A stretch of 64,000 nucleotides of DNA. Origin: Eledone cirrhosa (lineage: Eukaryota). How positions within the stretch are numbered: the stretch's first letter is position 1; every line of letters begins with the position of its first letter. Shown one piece after another: positions 45,326 to 58,807 of this stretch. Location of the stretch: the NCBI GenBank assembly GCA_964016885.1, contig OZ024741.1, positions 161,324,001 to 161,388,000 of the forward strand, read 5' to 3'. The notes under the pieces were generated by a model. It was not told where the DNA came from and ran no database searches. It saw only the letters and a program-made list of their open reading frames with translations. The position numbers and the translations under genes are program-made.

Positions 45326-46329
45326 ATTTATTAATGAATGAACACTTATATGACCTCCTTTTCACCCAAGAGACATACAGATACATATGCAAATATTGTG
45401 GGTCAACATTCATTACAGCATTTAGAGTTGCAGTACACACTTAGAGATTACATTCATATTAAAAGGTACAATCAAAAATACAGGTTAAAATACAACATGA
45501 AAATAAGCGGTTATATAGTGCAAATGTTATATGTGTGGCAAGCACGTGCGTCTTGTTTATATAGTGTGGCAGAGTGTTACGTGTAGTAGAAGCACTTAGG
45601 TAGGTAAACAAGAGTGTTAGGTTGGTTGATCTGGTGGCAAATTATTTATATGATTGTTATAGTCTGTGTGTGGAGAAATGATATAAGCATTAAAAATAGT
45701 GCAAGCATTAAAAATATTAAAAGTATTGGAAATGCACAGCGAAGGGATGTTATGGACTTCATGTACTTCGACATTTTCATAGTCAGGGGGGTGTATTTTT
45801 CAGATTATATGCCCCTCACATAATCCACGACAATTCGATATTGAGCGTTTGACAATCCAGTTAGAGAATCGTAGTCTAATGTTCTTTAGTTCAATACAGG
45901 AGGCTGTTACGTTTCGAGAATCGACATTGAATACTACCCGGAAGTGTGTGTGTGGCTAAGGGGAGTCAATGCATGAGGGGAGGTAACTCCGAGGTTTCTA
46001 TTACTAACTATTGAAATGTGTCTCAAAATAGACCCTAATTTCTATGGTTATGCGCAACTTCTAAAAAATTTCTAAAGCATAAAGTGTTTTAACTATAGAG
46101 TAGTCTATTAAGTTGTGCTGAAGGTGTTCGTATTATTATGGTGAATTAACCCCATCGTAGAGTGCCACAAATGAATATTATAGACGACGAGCGAGGATTC
46201 TAAATTAATGATCTCTGTGATTGTAGTCTACTCATAGGACCAGGCGCGGTGATTGCAGAATCACTTCAACACACAATGATCTCTGGTAAGTTCTGGGTCA
46301 TCGCTTGCTACATTGGATGTCGAAAGATA

Positions 46330-46545
46330 ATCATCACCAGGGCCGACCAGAGGTCAATCCGCAGTCCTCATGACCCCACTCTGACCATCAAATCATCCAT
46401 ATATGTACAACCCGCACGCCAGTTGTAATACATTCATTCTCTGCACTCAGCGTACCGGTCATACTGCTCAACAGCGTTACTAGATTAAATCGTTTTTCAT
46501 CTGTCCAAGGAAGGCACTTCCTCCGCACAACACTAACAAGCCAAT
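46330..46545 (-). pseudogene. Possible heavily decayed Kelch-repeat fragment
   Basis: LLVLCGG, NAVEQYD, GLYIYG*FDGQS, DLW in order but in shifting frames. Confidence 0.3.
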
Positions 46546-46767
46546 CAATTCATGCTTAAATTACCTATAGAGCGGTGTAGTGCAGTTCAAGTGGGTGGAT
46601 GTTGTCACACCTAGCGTAGAGGTATAAATGGGTATTCCCCCTGCGAAGGGTTCTAGAGGGATTTCGCTGTTTGTGTTATATTAGATCAGTTAGTGTTGGG
46701 TATGTGGTATAAGGTGTGCCCCTGGTGTTTGATGCTAGAGGTCGTGTTTGGTTCAAGTCCGACATTG

Positions 46768-47480
46768 CTATATATTGGGCTTAAAGTTTTGGAAGGAATG
46801 TCTGAAGCGGTGCTGGCAAGTTGCAAACACTTCAGATTTTTTGTTAAGTAGGTTACGGTTAGAGAAGATAATATTGTGGGTCTCTAGTATACAGAGGTTA
46901 CAAAATTTATTAGGTGGTTTGTACGAAGTCGCGCTGCCTATCACTTCCCATTTGAGTGTGTAAGGTTTATTTTTAGTTTTTAGATAGTGTATGTAGCTAG
47001 ATAGTGAGGTGGAGTTGGCTAGGCTGTGCTTTTTGAACGAGTGGATGTGCGAATTATATCTGATTTTGAAGCAGTTAGAAGTGGAGCATACATAGGTTTC
47101 TGAAGAGTTGCTAGTTGTGACGGTGCATGAGTATATGATATCCTTGGTTAGGCATTTTTTATCTAAAGGGCAGGTTATATTAGCTCTACAGTTACAATTA
47201 TCCTGTGTGTTAGTCTGCTAGTTATAATGCAGTGCAGAAGTCTGGGTGGTAGCTATAGGATTTTGGACATTCGGGTTGTCAACCCCAGTGTTATTTCTTA
47301 TACTAGTGTTATTTCTATTGTTATTGCCGTTACTATGGTTGCTTGCTATAGAGGTATTTAAAAGGTTTACATCCTGTTGTGATTTCATTTGTTGGAAGTA
47401 AGAATTAATTTTACTTTTATTGCTGCTAGCTATGTGGTATGCTTTGTATTTACATAACCATAAATAGTATAATTAATACT
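46768..47480 (-). pseudogene. PLE GIY-YIG endonuclease fragment
   Basis: CNCRANITCPLDKKCL, IIYSCTV, FKIRYNSH, LSSYIHYLK, CNLCILE, CQH. Confidence 0.88.
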
Positions 47481-47490
47481 ATATATATAC

Positions 47491-47562
<72 letters not shown>

Positions 47563-48139
47563 GTATATATATACGTATATATATACGTATATATATACGT
47601 ATATATACGTATATATATACGTATATATATATACATATATATATACGTATATATATACATATATATATACGTATATATACGTATATATATACGTATATAT
47701 ATATACATATATATATATATACGTATATATATATACATATATATATATACGTATATATATATGTATATATATATATCATATATATGTATATATATATATG
47801 TATATGTATATATATATATATGTATACATGTATATGTATATATACATATATATGTATATATATATATACGTATATATATATATATTATATATATGTATAT
47901 ATATATACCTATATATATAAGTATATATACATATATATGTTGATATATATATATACGTATATATATATATATATGTATATATATACCTATATATATATAA
48001 GTATATATGCATATATATGTGTATGTATATATATATAAGTATATATACATATATATGTATATGTATATATATATACATATATATATATATATGTATATAT
48101 ATATAGATATATATATATGTATATGTATATACTAGCTCA

Positions 48140-49147
48140 TTCCATTGCACATATGGTTCTATAGAAATAGTGGACACCTTCCGTTACTTGGGTGACAAAA
48201 TCAGCAGTGGTGGAGGGTCTTCTGAAAGTACAGTAGCTAGAGTCAGAACGGGATGGAAAAAGTTCAGAGAGCTTATACCACTATTAGCCGCTAAAGTGAT
48301 CTCTCTAAAAATGAAAGGCAGGCTGTATGATGCCTGCATACGAAAAGCAATGTTACATGGCAGTGAGACCTGGGCATTGTGTGCAGAGGATATACGCAGA
48401 CTGGAGAGGAACGAAGCTTGCATGCTCCGCTGGATGTGTAATAGTAATATACGTGAACGGCAAAGCATAAACGAACTAAGGGAAAAATTAGAAATAAGAG
48501 GGATCAGATGTTGTTTACTCGAGAGAAAACTACGTTGGTATGGTCACGTGATGCGCATGAAAGACGACAGCTGTATAAAAAAAGTGCAGGGCAATAAAAA
48601 TAGACGGTAGCCACGGAGTAGGCAGACCCAGAAAAACCTGGACGACTTGATAAATTCCGACCTCACATACTTACACCTCTCCAAGACAATGTCACCCGAC
48701 CGAGATCTTTGGCGTTACACAGTAATACAGAAGACCCGCCTTACCTAAGTACAAAGTGAAACCTACTACAGTCAGTAGGCACCTCTAACAAAAATACACC
48801 CCCGTCCCACTACCCCCACCCCATCCACACCATCCCTTTCAATGTAAAGTTATGTTGGTACCACAACATCCAGTCCGAAATAAATGAGGTGGTGTAGGTA
48901 TCACGACAAAAAAACACACAGTCCACACTGTAATGTGGCCGTGTAGGTAACACGGTAAAAACCTCCCAGTCCACACTGTAAACGTGGTTGGTGTTAGGAA
49001 GGGCATCCAGCCGTAGAAAACCCGCCAGACAGTCCTATGCGAGCAAGACAACCACTCTTGCCTCAAGTGGGAAAACTCCCGTCCAAACCCATGCAAGTGT
49101 GGAAGATGGACGTTAAACGATGATGATGATGATGATGATGATGATGA
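48140..49147 (+). mobile_element. 5'-truncated RTE LINE with 3' UTR and (GAT)n tail
   Basis: ORF 48170-48610 (FRYLG, LHGSETW, LRWYGHV); same family as 6143-7655. Confidence 0.9.
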
Positions 49148-49951
49148 TATATATATATATATATATATACATATCTACATATGTGTATACACTGAATTCG
49201 GAGACCCGAACTTTACAGTTGGTACCACCTGATACCATTCCATCTCTTCCATCCTCTATATCTATATGTACAACCTTGTATTATCTTACTGCAACTTGAT
49301 CTAGTTTGTATTTCCACTTTGCTTTGATTCCTCCGATAGGTTCTTATATATTTCCGTCTTACTACATCACTACCCTAGCTATGACGGCGTTTTATTTATG
49401 TATTTTACTTTTTACCTTATTAACGTATTTTTTATTAATGTTTTTTTTTTTTATTATTATTTATTATTTATTTTTCATCTTTGTATTTTTATCTTTGTAT
49501 CCTGCTTTTATTTATTTGTGATTTTCTGCTTATTATTCCTTACTCAGGTCATTATGTACCATTCATAGCACCCTACCCACCAAAGAACCACACTACTTAT
49601 AACCCGGAATAACTGGGACTTTAAAATAATTATAGTCTATTGGCACTTTTCATTGGGTTTTACCACTTTTGACTGATGTGGTGGATTTCCCGGCTGTGCG
49701 CCTGGCGCTCGGAAAGTTCAGCCTTCCTTGAGTACTTGGAAAAATAAATTTCCCCTCTTTCGGTAAACGAAATTTCCCCTCATTTGTTTTCACTTTGTTC
49801 TGGTGTTTTAACCGCGAAATATTATTGTTTTTCGGACAACATAAATTTAATTTAAGGTTGTCAGTGGCCGTTTCAACACACTGCTATCTTCCACGCTGTC
49901 TCTCTCCTTCTTTCCTTCTTTCTCTCTATCTCTCTCTCTAGATCGCACAAG

Positions 49952-50032
<81 letters not shown>

Positions 50033-50129
50033 TTTTCCCCTCTAAATCACATCTTGAATTTCTCACTGGACTTATCTCTCTTTCCCTCTCTAACATTTTC
50101 CCTACCCTTCCCACTATCTCTCTCTCTCC

Positions 50130-50540
50130 CCTCCACAACGAAAGGAGGGCAGGCCGGGCAACCAACAAGCAAACGGTAAAGGTGAGAGGCGAAATCACCT
50201 TCCGAAGGAGAACCATGCGGAGAGGGACCAGTGGACAACTGTCCAAAGAAAGAACAAAAAGCACCGAGACACTGGGAGCAAGAAAACCCAGGTAATGTAC
50301 AAGTTCTTCAGGAACGGGACCTGCTGGCATGGAGAGACAGGGGTGGGCTGCAGATTCGCTCACCCCAGGTCCCAAACGAACTATGCCCATGCCCATCACC
50401 ATCCTACTCGCGCAACATGCCCCAGCCAAATCCAAAAACAAGCCGCTCCAGAAGTATGCTGAAGTCAGCGTGCCGCGCCAACAAGGTGAAGGCACGCACA
50501 TGATGACGAGATATAGATGGCAGCAGCAGAGCAGAAAAAT
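50130..50540 (+). pseudogene. Probable LINE ORF1 fragment with CCCH-type zinc finger
   Basis: Frame from 50229: QWTTVQRK...M(Y)KFFRNGTCWHGETGVGCRFAHP. Confidence 0.55.
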
Positions 50541-50814
50541 TACATATATATATACATATACATACATACATTTATATATACATATACATACATACATATA
50601 TATATACATATACATACATATATATATCCCGTATATACGGGATATACGGGATAACAAATTATTGTTATAGGTAGTCCACTAGATCTCTAGACCTACCAGT
50701 TCAGAGAAACAATTGTCAGCAATGTGAATAAAGCCCTTATTGTATAGCAAACCATGTCACTCTTCTTTCTTGATTTATATATATATATATAATCTCATCT
50801 TTAATTTCTCATTC

Positions 50815-50855
50815 TATTTTCTGATGAAGGACTAGCGTCCGAAACGTTAAGACTC
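50815..50855 (+). ncRNA. Minimal type I hammerhead
   Basis: TTTT-CTGATGA-AGGAC-TAGC-GTCC-GAAA-CG-TT-AAGA. Confidence 0.7.
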
Positions 50856-50938
50856 TTTTCCTACTATATCAAGCAAAAAACTAATATATTCTTCATTGTA
50901 CTGTGCCGTTTGATTTGTTATTTCTATTTTCCTTTTGC

Positions 50939-51030
<92 letters not shown>

Positions 51031-51261
51031 TTTTGTTCTGCAAAATTTTTATGTGAAATCGTGTGTTGAAACAAATACAAGAGGGAGTAAAAGTTTAAAA
51101 CCAGGAAAAAGAGGAGGCACAAAATCATTGAGGAAGTCACAGAATGTGTGACGAAAGAACTTTTATAAACAAATGAATAACGAACAATAAAGATGAAGTG
51201 AAAATTATATGGTGCATGTGTTTTTTTCTATTGGCAACATGACCATCTCCAAATATAATAA

Positions 51262-51475
51262 TAGCTGTTTCTACTTTAGGCACAAAGCCAGCAATTCGAA
51301 GGGGAGGGAAAGTCGAGTAAATTGATCCCAGTGTATTATTGGTGCTTTATTTTATTCACCCCGGATGGATGAAAGGTAAAGCTACGCTTGGCGGGATTTG
51401 AACTCAGAACGTAAAGGACCCTATGCTGCGAAACATGTTGTCCGACGCTCTACCGATACAACCAACCACTGCCCT
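51262..51475 (-). mobile_element. SINE family A
   Basis: Homologous to 11333-11513. Confidence 0.82.
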
Positions 51476-51618
51476 CCCAAATATAATAATATATATATAT
51501 GTGGGGGGGGGCGTGCGCGCGCTACGGAATTGCGAGATCTTGCTATACTCCACATTTATCTAGATGGGAAATGAAAGCGGAATTCGTAAACTTTCTTCTT
51601 ACTATTCCATGTGTATCC

Positions 51619-51751
<133 letters not shown>

Positions 51752-51878
51752 CGTTACTCGCTCACTGCCCACCTTTACTACCCTTCTGTGACCACTGTAT
51801 CACGTGTTAATTTTCCCCTCCGCCTCTCGAGAATTTCTCATTTGCTACGAACGCGTCAAGAAACAGTCGTTTTTTAAA

Positions 51879-51977
51879 AGGGTCTCTTGATAAGCCATAA
51901 CAACCTCCCAGCGATGATGCATTGTTATAGTGTAGAAATCAGTGCATACGGATCGGCGAAACTGCAGTCGGGACTTT
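51879..51977 (+). ncRNA. Type I hammerhead with U3-A8 core
   Basis: AGGGTCTC-TTGATAA-GCC...GGC-GAAA-CTGCAG-TC-GGGACTTT. Confidence 0.75.
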
Positions 51978-52052
51978 GAAGAAAAAATAGGTATATTTTT
52001 GTCTATTACTTCCTCATATTTTAATTCGATATATGTATATGTGTATATATAT

Positions 52053-52246
52053 AAAACGAAGGAAGTGTGGTAAGGAACCAGGTGAACCATAACTCACCAG
52101 AGTACTCGATACTTTGGGTAGGAGAGTGGGTAATAGGAAAAGGTTCAGGAACCTGACGGCAGAGCTCAAGCCGTTTCGACGGCTCTTTCAGAAATAGCCG
52201 TCGAAACGGCTTGAGCTCTGCCGTCGGGGTCCTGAACCTTTTCCTA
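52053..52246 (-). mobile_element. Fold-back fragment of the U3-A8 element pseudo-LTR
   Basis: Arms 52134-52184 and 52196-52246 each hold the HHR 3' half. Confidence 0.85.
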
Positions 52247-52286
52247 TATATATATATTTAGTTTTTAGATGCGTTAGTATTGTTGC

Positions 52287-52386
52287 ATTCTACAGTTGTT
52301 TCTGCAACCAGTCTGTAACCAACAAGTTTACGCTCGAGATGTTACATAAGTACTGCGATTTTAAAACCGCTCGCTTCCTCAGGAAT
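52287..52386 (-). ncRNA. Type I hammerhead with long stem II
   Basis: ATTC-CTGAGGA-AGCGAGCGGT...ACTGGTTGCA-GAAA-CAACTG-TA-GAAT. Confidence 0.62.
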
Positions 52387-52796
52387 TTATAATACAATTA
52401 ATGAAGGCTTATTTAATTTGATACCTCCTTTTTCGCTTTTTTCTCAATCTCTATTTATTATTGTCGTTTTTTTTTTTGTTTTGTTGTTTTTTCAACACTT
52501 TCATTATCATATACTTCTGAACGCTAATAAATATTTTCTTAATAGTAATGTCCCTTCTCGACAGGGAACGAACGGAACATAAAGTGAGGCATCAAGATGT
52601 CTAGCGAAGAGACTTAAGTGCAATAAATCTAATTTGTGTAAATAACAGTGATCAGTTAAAATAGTAACTATAAATGGTTTGCAAATTAAAAAAACTCAGG
52701 AAGTAAATGATAAAAGAAATATATGTATATAAAGATAATGTTTAGACGCTCTTTTAATTTATAGTAATCATATTTCCAATATCAATGATATTAGCA

Positions 52797-53065
52797 GGGT
52801 TATTGGCCTAGTGGTAAGGGTGTTAGACTTATGATCATAATGTTGAAAGTTTGATTCCTGGACTGGGTTGCGTGTTGTGTTCTTGAGTAAAACACTTCAT
52901 TTTACGTTGCTCCAGTACACTCAGCTGAAAATGAGTACCAGCAATAGCTGGGAGTTTAACCCTGCGATGGACTGGCACCTGTCCAAGGGGGAGTTTTGTA
53001 CTCTCAGTCGCTTCACGCCACGGAAACTAGGATAACCACTGGCTTCATGAGCTTCGAGACAGACT
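52797..53065 (+). mobile_element. SINE family B
   Basis: TGGCCTAGTGGTAAGGGTG head; homologous to 13753-14030. Confidence 0.85.
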
Positions 53066-53649
53066 AGACATTTTTTAGAACATTTGACATAACAATTAAA
53101 CCAACATTAACTATATATTCCTACAACTATACCAAACATAAAATGAATTATAGCAAAAGACAAGATATTTTATGGGCATGATAGATAGCAACTATGGATT
53201 TATGTATGTAAAACTTCTTCATATGATTGTGTTTCTGTGTTTGCGTGTGTGTGTGTGCTTCTGTTTGTATGTTTACGTTTGTGTCTGTAACTGTGTTTAT
53301 GGCCCGTAACCTACTGATTCGAAAAAAAGAAATCAATAAAGTTATGTAGTAGACTTAGAAAAATAAGTACTTGGGGTTGATGTGGTCGAACCCCAGCATG
53401 GCCGCAAGTGCAGTGACTAAAACCAGCAAAGGAGTAAATAAATGAAAAATATATAACGGGCTAATTGTCACTTCGAAATATGAAACTTATTAATCCAAAT
53501 CCGTGCTACCTTTAATTAAATACTTATGATTAAGTAGAATACATCAGCAGCTGGTGTCTTGGAAATATAATCAACAGAACAGACAATGTAATTAGAGACT
53601 GCAAGAAGCAACATAATTTTAAAAAAACAACATTCTGATGAAATGATCG

Positions 53650-53792
53650 CACAAGAGTTACGGCCTTTGTCATTCTCATTTCAAATCCCGCCGAGGTTAA
53701 CTTTGTCTTTCATCCTTACGGGGTCGATAAAATAAAGTACCAGTAATGCACTGCGTAATTGCTGGCCTTGTGCCAAACGTTGAAACAATTAT
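53650..53792 (+). mobile_element. SINE family A, partial
   Basis: TCAAATCCCGCCGAGG...GTCGATAAAATAAAGTACCAG. Confidence 0.82.
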
Positions 53793-54464
53793 ATTAGAGA
53801 AACAAGGACGACGAAGAAGAAGAAGAATCCTATTTGTAAAAGAAAATTTTGCATTAAAAATAATCCATCATCCAATTTACATACATATACACACACATAC
53901 TTACGTACATAGAATACATATATACATGCATACTTGCGTACCTAGATATACATACATGCTAACTTACGTACATAGATATACATATATACATGCATACTTA
54001 CGTACATAGACATATACACACACACACACATACTTACGTACATAGATATACATATATACATGCATACTTACGTACATAGATATACATATATACATGCATA
54101 CTTACGTACATAGATATACATACATGCATACTTACGTACATAGATATACATATACACATGCATACTTACGTACATAGACATATATACACACACACACATA
54201 CTTACGTACATAGATATACATATACACATGCATACTTACGTGCATAGATATACATACGTACATAGACATATACACACACACATACTTATGTACATAGATA
54301 TACATATATACATGCATACTTACGTACATAGATATACATGCATACTTACGTACATAGATATACATATATACATGCATACTTACGTACATAGATATACATA
54401 TATACATGCATACTTACGTACATATATATACATACATGCATACTTACGTTCATAGATATTCATA

Positions 54465-56386
54465 TTTGCAAAAGAAACTGCCTCAGTACACTGCAAGATT
54501 GGGCCACTCTTCCATACGGACGGTTCATTAACCGAAAACCCCCAAGAGATATGTGAAATACTGAACGAACAGTACAAAAGTGTGTTCACATGTCCACTGA
54601 GGCACATGCAAATAACGAAGCCAGAGGAGTTCTTTGATGCCACAACACTACATGAAGAAATGGCAACCATCAACCACATAGACATAACGGAGGAGGATGT
54701 GGTGTACGCCATTGATGAAATTAGAACAGACTCGGCTGCTGGACCTGATGGATTCCCAGCAGTTCTCTTAAAAATATGTAAGCGGGCCTTAGCAACTCCA
54801 CTGAAGATGCTCTTCAGAAGCTCCTTGGCTAGCGGTGTACTACCCAGGGAGCTGAAAGAAGGCACAATATGCCCTATCCATAAAGGAGGTAGCAGAGCGG
54901 AGGCCAAAAACTATAGGCCAGTCTCCCTGACGTCGCATATCAGTAAGGTCATGGAGCGAGTCATCAGAAAGAAACTGATCACTTTCCCCGAGGAAAATGA
55001 CCGCCTGACTAGCACGCAACATGGCTTCCGCCCAGGAAAAAGCTGCCTTACACAGCTGCTACATCACTACGACTGGGTACTGAAACAACTACTAGACCGC
55101 TCACATGTGGACGTGATATATCTTGACTTTGCGAAGGCCTTTGACAAGGTCGACCACGGAATGATATGTCACAAACTACACGGACTCGGCATAACTGGAA
55201 AAATAGGCGAGTGGCTGCATGACTTCCTAAAGGACAGAAGCCAGGCAGTCGCAGCAAATGGGGTTCTCTCAAAGGAAACACCAATAACAAGTGGGGTGAC
55301 CCAGGGGACAGTCCTGGGACCACTACTGTTTTTGGTGGCTCTCTCAGACATGCCCTCTGTAGTACATACAACAACATCCCTCACTAGCTATGCTGATGAC
55401 ACTAAGATAGCACAGGCAATCAAAAACCCGGCTGACGCTGCCCTTTTACAGCCGGATCTGGATGCCATATACAGATGGGCGGAAGAAAACAACATGCAGT
55501 TTAATGCTAACAAATTCCAAGCCCTCCAATACAAACCTCCAAACAAACCTGCAAACACAAATATAGTACAACAGAACTACACAGGACCAGGAGGGACCAA
55601 TATCCACGTGTCAAAATCGATACGAGACCTGGGCATAGACATGAGCGATGATGCATCTTTTTCTTCACACATCATGAAAGTGGCGACAATGTGCAGACGA
55701 CTCGCTGGCTGGATCTTGAGGACTTTCCGGACAAGAGATCGAGACACCATGTTGACACTATGGAGGACATTTGTCCTAAGCCGCCTGGACCACTGCTCCC
55801 AGTTGTGGTCACCCCATAGTGTCAAACTAACCACGGAGCTTGAGGCAATCCAGCGAAGCTACACCAAGAGGATTGCCAAGATGAGGGAGACAAGCTACTG
55901 GGAGAGGCTAAAGGAACTGAATCTCTACTCCTTGGAACGAAGACGGGAGAGATACGCAATGATCTACATGTGGAAAATCCTGGAGGGACTAGCACCAAAC
56001 TTTGGCATTGAGAGCTGGACCAACTGTCGAACAGGACGTCACTGTGTGGTGCCAAAGGTCCCGTCTTCCACATCTAGAATAAGGAGCAGGTATTGCAATA
56101 GCCTGGGATTTCAAGGGCCCTCAACTCTTCAACAAGCTGCCGAGGGATCTGAGAGATTTACCTGACGTGGAGGTGGATGTCTTCAAGAAACATCTCGACA
56201 CCTTGTTATCCAGGATCCCGGATGAGCCCACAGCAAGGCACGAGGGAAACCTAAGGGCAGCAGCAACAAACTCACTCTTACACCAGTGGCCAACCTATAC
56301 AGGCTGGAGATAAAATGTGTAGCAACAAGGGCGGTGCCCCAGCATGGCCTCAGCCGGATGGCTGAAACAGGTAAAAGAGTAAAAGA
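54465..56386 (+). mobile_element. 5'-truncated CR1/L2-group LINE with (GTAAAAGA)2 tail
   Basis: RT ORF followed by a short 3' end. Confidence 0.9.
54582..56165 (+). CDS. CR1/L2-group reverse transcriptase (partial)
   Basis: GPDG, NYRPVSLTS, QHGFR, YLDFAKAFDKV, QGTVLGP, YADD, RDLG, WSP, LERRR; frameshift near the C-terminus. Confidence 0.92.
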   Translation: MFTCPLRHMQITKPEEFFDATTLHEEMATINHIDITEEDVVYAIDEIRTDSAAGPDGFPAVLLKICKRALATPLKMLFRSSLASGVLPRELKEGTICPIHKGGSRAEAKNYRPVSLTSHISKVMERVIRKKLITFPEENDRLTSTQHGFRPGKSCLTQLLHHYDWVLKQLLDRSHVDVIYLDFAKAFDKVDHGMICHKLHGLGITGKIGEWLHDFLKDRSQAVAANGVLSKETPITSGVTQGTVLGPLLFLVALSDMPSVVHTTTSLTSYADDTKIAQAIKNPADAALLQPDLDAIYRWAEENNMQFNANKFQALQYKPPNKPANTNIVQQNYTGPGGTNIHVSKSIRDLGIDMSDDASFSSHIMKVATMCRRLAGWILRTFRTRDRDTMLTLWRTFVLSRLDHCSQLWSPHSVKLTTELEAIQRSYTKRIAKMRETSYWERLKELNLYSLERRRERYAMIYMWKILEGLAPNFGIESWTNCRTGRHCVVPKVPSSTSRIRSRYCNSLGFQGPSTLQQAAEGSERFT

Positions 56387-56980
56387 ATATATACATGCAT
56401 ACTTACATACATAGACATATACACACACACATATACTTACGTACATAGATATACATATATACATGCATACTTACGTACATAGATATACATACATACATAC
56501 ATACGTACATACATACGTACATAGACATACACACACACATACTTACGTACATAGATATACATATATACATGCATACTTACGTACATAGATATACATATAT
56601 ACATGCATACTTACGTACATAGATATACATATATACATGCATACTTACGTACATAGACATATACACACACACATATACTTAGGTACATAGATATACATAT
56701 ATACATGCATACTTACGTACATAGATATATATACATACATGCATACTTACGTACATAGATATACATATATACATGCATACTTACGTACATAGATATACAT
56801 ACATGCATACAGATACACATACATACAAATACACGCACATGTATACACACATATAAATGCACATATACATGCACACATACACACACACCACACAAAAGAT
56901 AATAAATAAATATATAGATTATAATTAGCGCTTTGCAGTAATTAATATTTATTTGAAATATAGAAAATCTATACGCCACA

Positions 56981-57135
56981 AGGCGGCGAATTGGTAGAGT
57001 CGTTAGAACATCGGATAGAATGCTTTGCTGTGTTCGTTTCTGATCTCTACTCTCTAAGTTCAAATCACGCCGAGGTCAACTTTGCCTTTCATCCTTTCGA
57101 GGTCGGTAAAACAAGTACCAGTCTAGTATTGGGGT
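56981..57135 (+). mobile_element. SINE family A
   Basis: GGCGGCGAATTGGTAGA head, GTTCAAATC B box. Confidence 0.8.
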
Positions 57136-57399
57136 CATTTATTCCTCTATATCTCTTTCTAACCTCCTTTCTGTCTATCACTCTCTATCTGAAGAAATCT
57201 GCTGTATTCAAACCTGGAGAGGGGTTGGGTTCCGCCAGGTTTTAAAATGCCCTAGAAACGCTGTACACCACCCCTACGGCTTCCTCGGGAGTTACGGGAC
57301 CATTTATGCATCCTCTAAGAAATATAGTCTCGTAAATAATGACGGAAATTTCACTGAAAATAGCTGGAGCTGTTGTCAAAGCCAATTGTTAACGTCTGT

Positions 57400-58065
57400 T
57401 ACCTTCTGTTATGCTCTGGCTGATTCGTGAGTGTCGGGTGGCCTGGATTTCTGGAAAAGCACACAGGAATGGCAATCAGGAATGATAATCCTAATTGTCA
57501 AACTAGGGAGATGAGAAATATTGCTCTAATAATAGAGGAATCTCCTTGTTAAGCCTCTCCGGTAAAGTCTATGCTAGTTGCTTGAAATGGTGATGTAAGG
57601 ATATTGTCACATTCAAGCTAACTGATAAACAGTATGGTTTTCGTTCCGGACGTTGTCCAGGTCTTTGATGAAATTGTGGAAGTAATGCCAAGCGGGGTTT
57701 GCTTGTTTCGTGGACCTCGAAAAAGCATACGACCGAGTGCCACATTACTTGTTGTGGGAGTATAAAATCGATAGACAGCTTTTGTGCCTTAAAGTCCCTA
57801 TACGAATGCCCTAGTATTTGTGTTTGGATAAATGGAGCTAAGTCGAAACCATTCTCTAAGGTTGTCCAACTCCGCCAAGGTGCGTACTGTCACCTCTCCT
57901 GATCATAATCTTCATGAATACTATTAACATGCGCAGCCGGAGCAGAAGTGATAACAAAATCGGCGGGTGTACGATCAGTCGGTTGATGTTTGCAGACGAC
58001 ATGTTACTATTTAACTCATCGGAAAGTGATATACAACATGCATTGGATATGTTTGCACGAGTTAT
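57400..58065 (+). pseudogene. Decayed RTE RT
   Basis: NNRGISLLS, QYGFRSGR, FVDLEKAYDRVP, LRQG, LMFADD across frameshifts. Confidence 0.82.
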
Positions 58066-58239
58066 TGATAGCATTCAGCCGATGGTCTGCAGAATACAGA
58101 TCTAAAATCTAATTTCAACTTCGAAAATGTATAAATAGCAATCCCTCCAAACAAATACCTACGTATAGTGCAACACTCAATAAAAACTCGCAACAATACT
58201 AGAAAAAGGAATATAAAGATAAACAAGAGTTTATGTATG

Positions 58240-58273
<34 letters not shown>

Positions 58274-58293
58274 TGTATGTATGTATGTATGTA

Positions 58294-58712
58294 TGTCCGG
58301 GAGAGATGACCCCTTAGCCTTTGTCACGGCAGAATTCTAGGAGAAGGAAAACTCTGATATAACACCTGCAACTCTGATGGTATCCAATGATGTTGACTTG
58401 TTCTTCTTTTTGGTAAATATCATCTTGGTTAAGAGAGTGGGACTGGCTTTGTGAAGTGCCTTTGCTCACTATAAAAGCTTCACGGCACAGGCATTGTTTT
58501 ATATCTGGAGATCTCTCTGCACTTGTCGTCACATGGTACCATGGGCCCAGCACTATGTGTCAATAATTGTCACAAGTGTAGTGTTTGTACCAGAGTTTTC
58601 AAGTTGCTGACTGGCTGGACTAAAAAGTCACACTCGTTCAGCGCATCGGTAGGGGTTCTCCTACATGTATATAAAGTAGTGGCCGTACTCGAAAACGAGT
58701 TGGCAGCCACCA
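58294..58712 (+). mobile_element. 3' part of the TG...CA element
   Basis: Matches 32412-32826 and ends GCAGCCACCA; flanked by (TATG)n. Confidence 0.8.
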
Positions 58713-58807
58713 TGTATGTATGTATGTTATCTCTTTCTCTTAATTTCGAGTATATTTTTTTGACCGGCCACCTTCCTGGTGGCAAGGTTGTAAAAGAAAA
58801 GAAATTG

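Larger units (their letters stand above)
53880..56830. repeat. ~34-bp minisatellite (CATACTTACGTACATAGATATACATATATACATG) split by a LINE insertion
   Basis: Arrays at 53880-54460 and 56386-56830. Confidence 0.92.
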
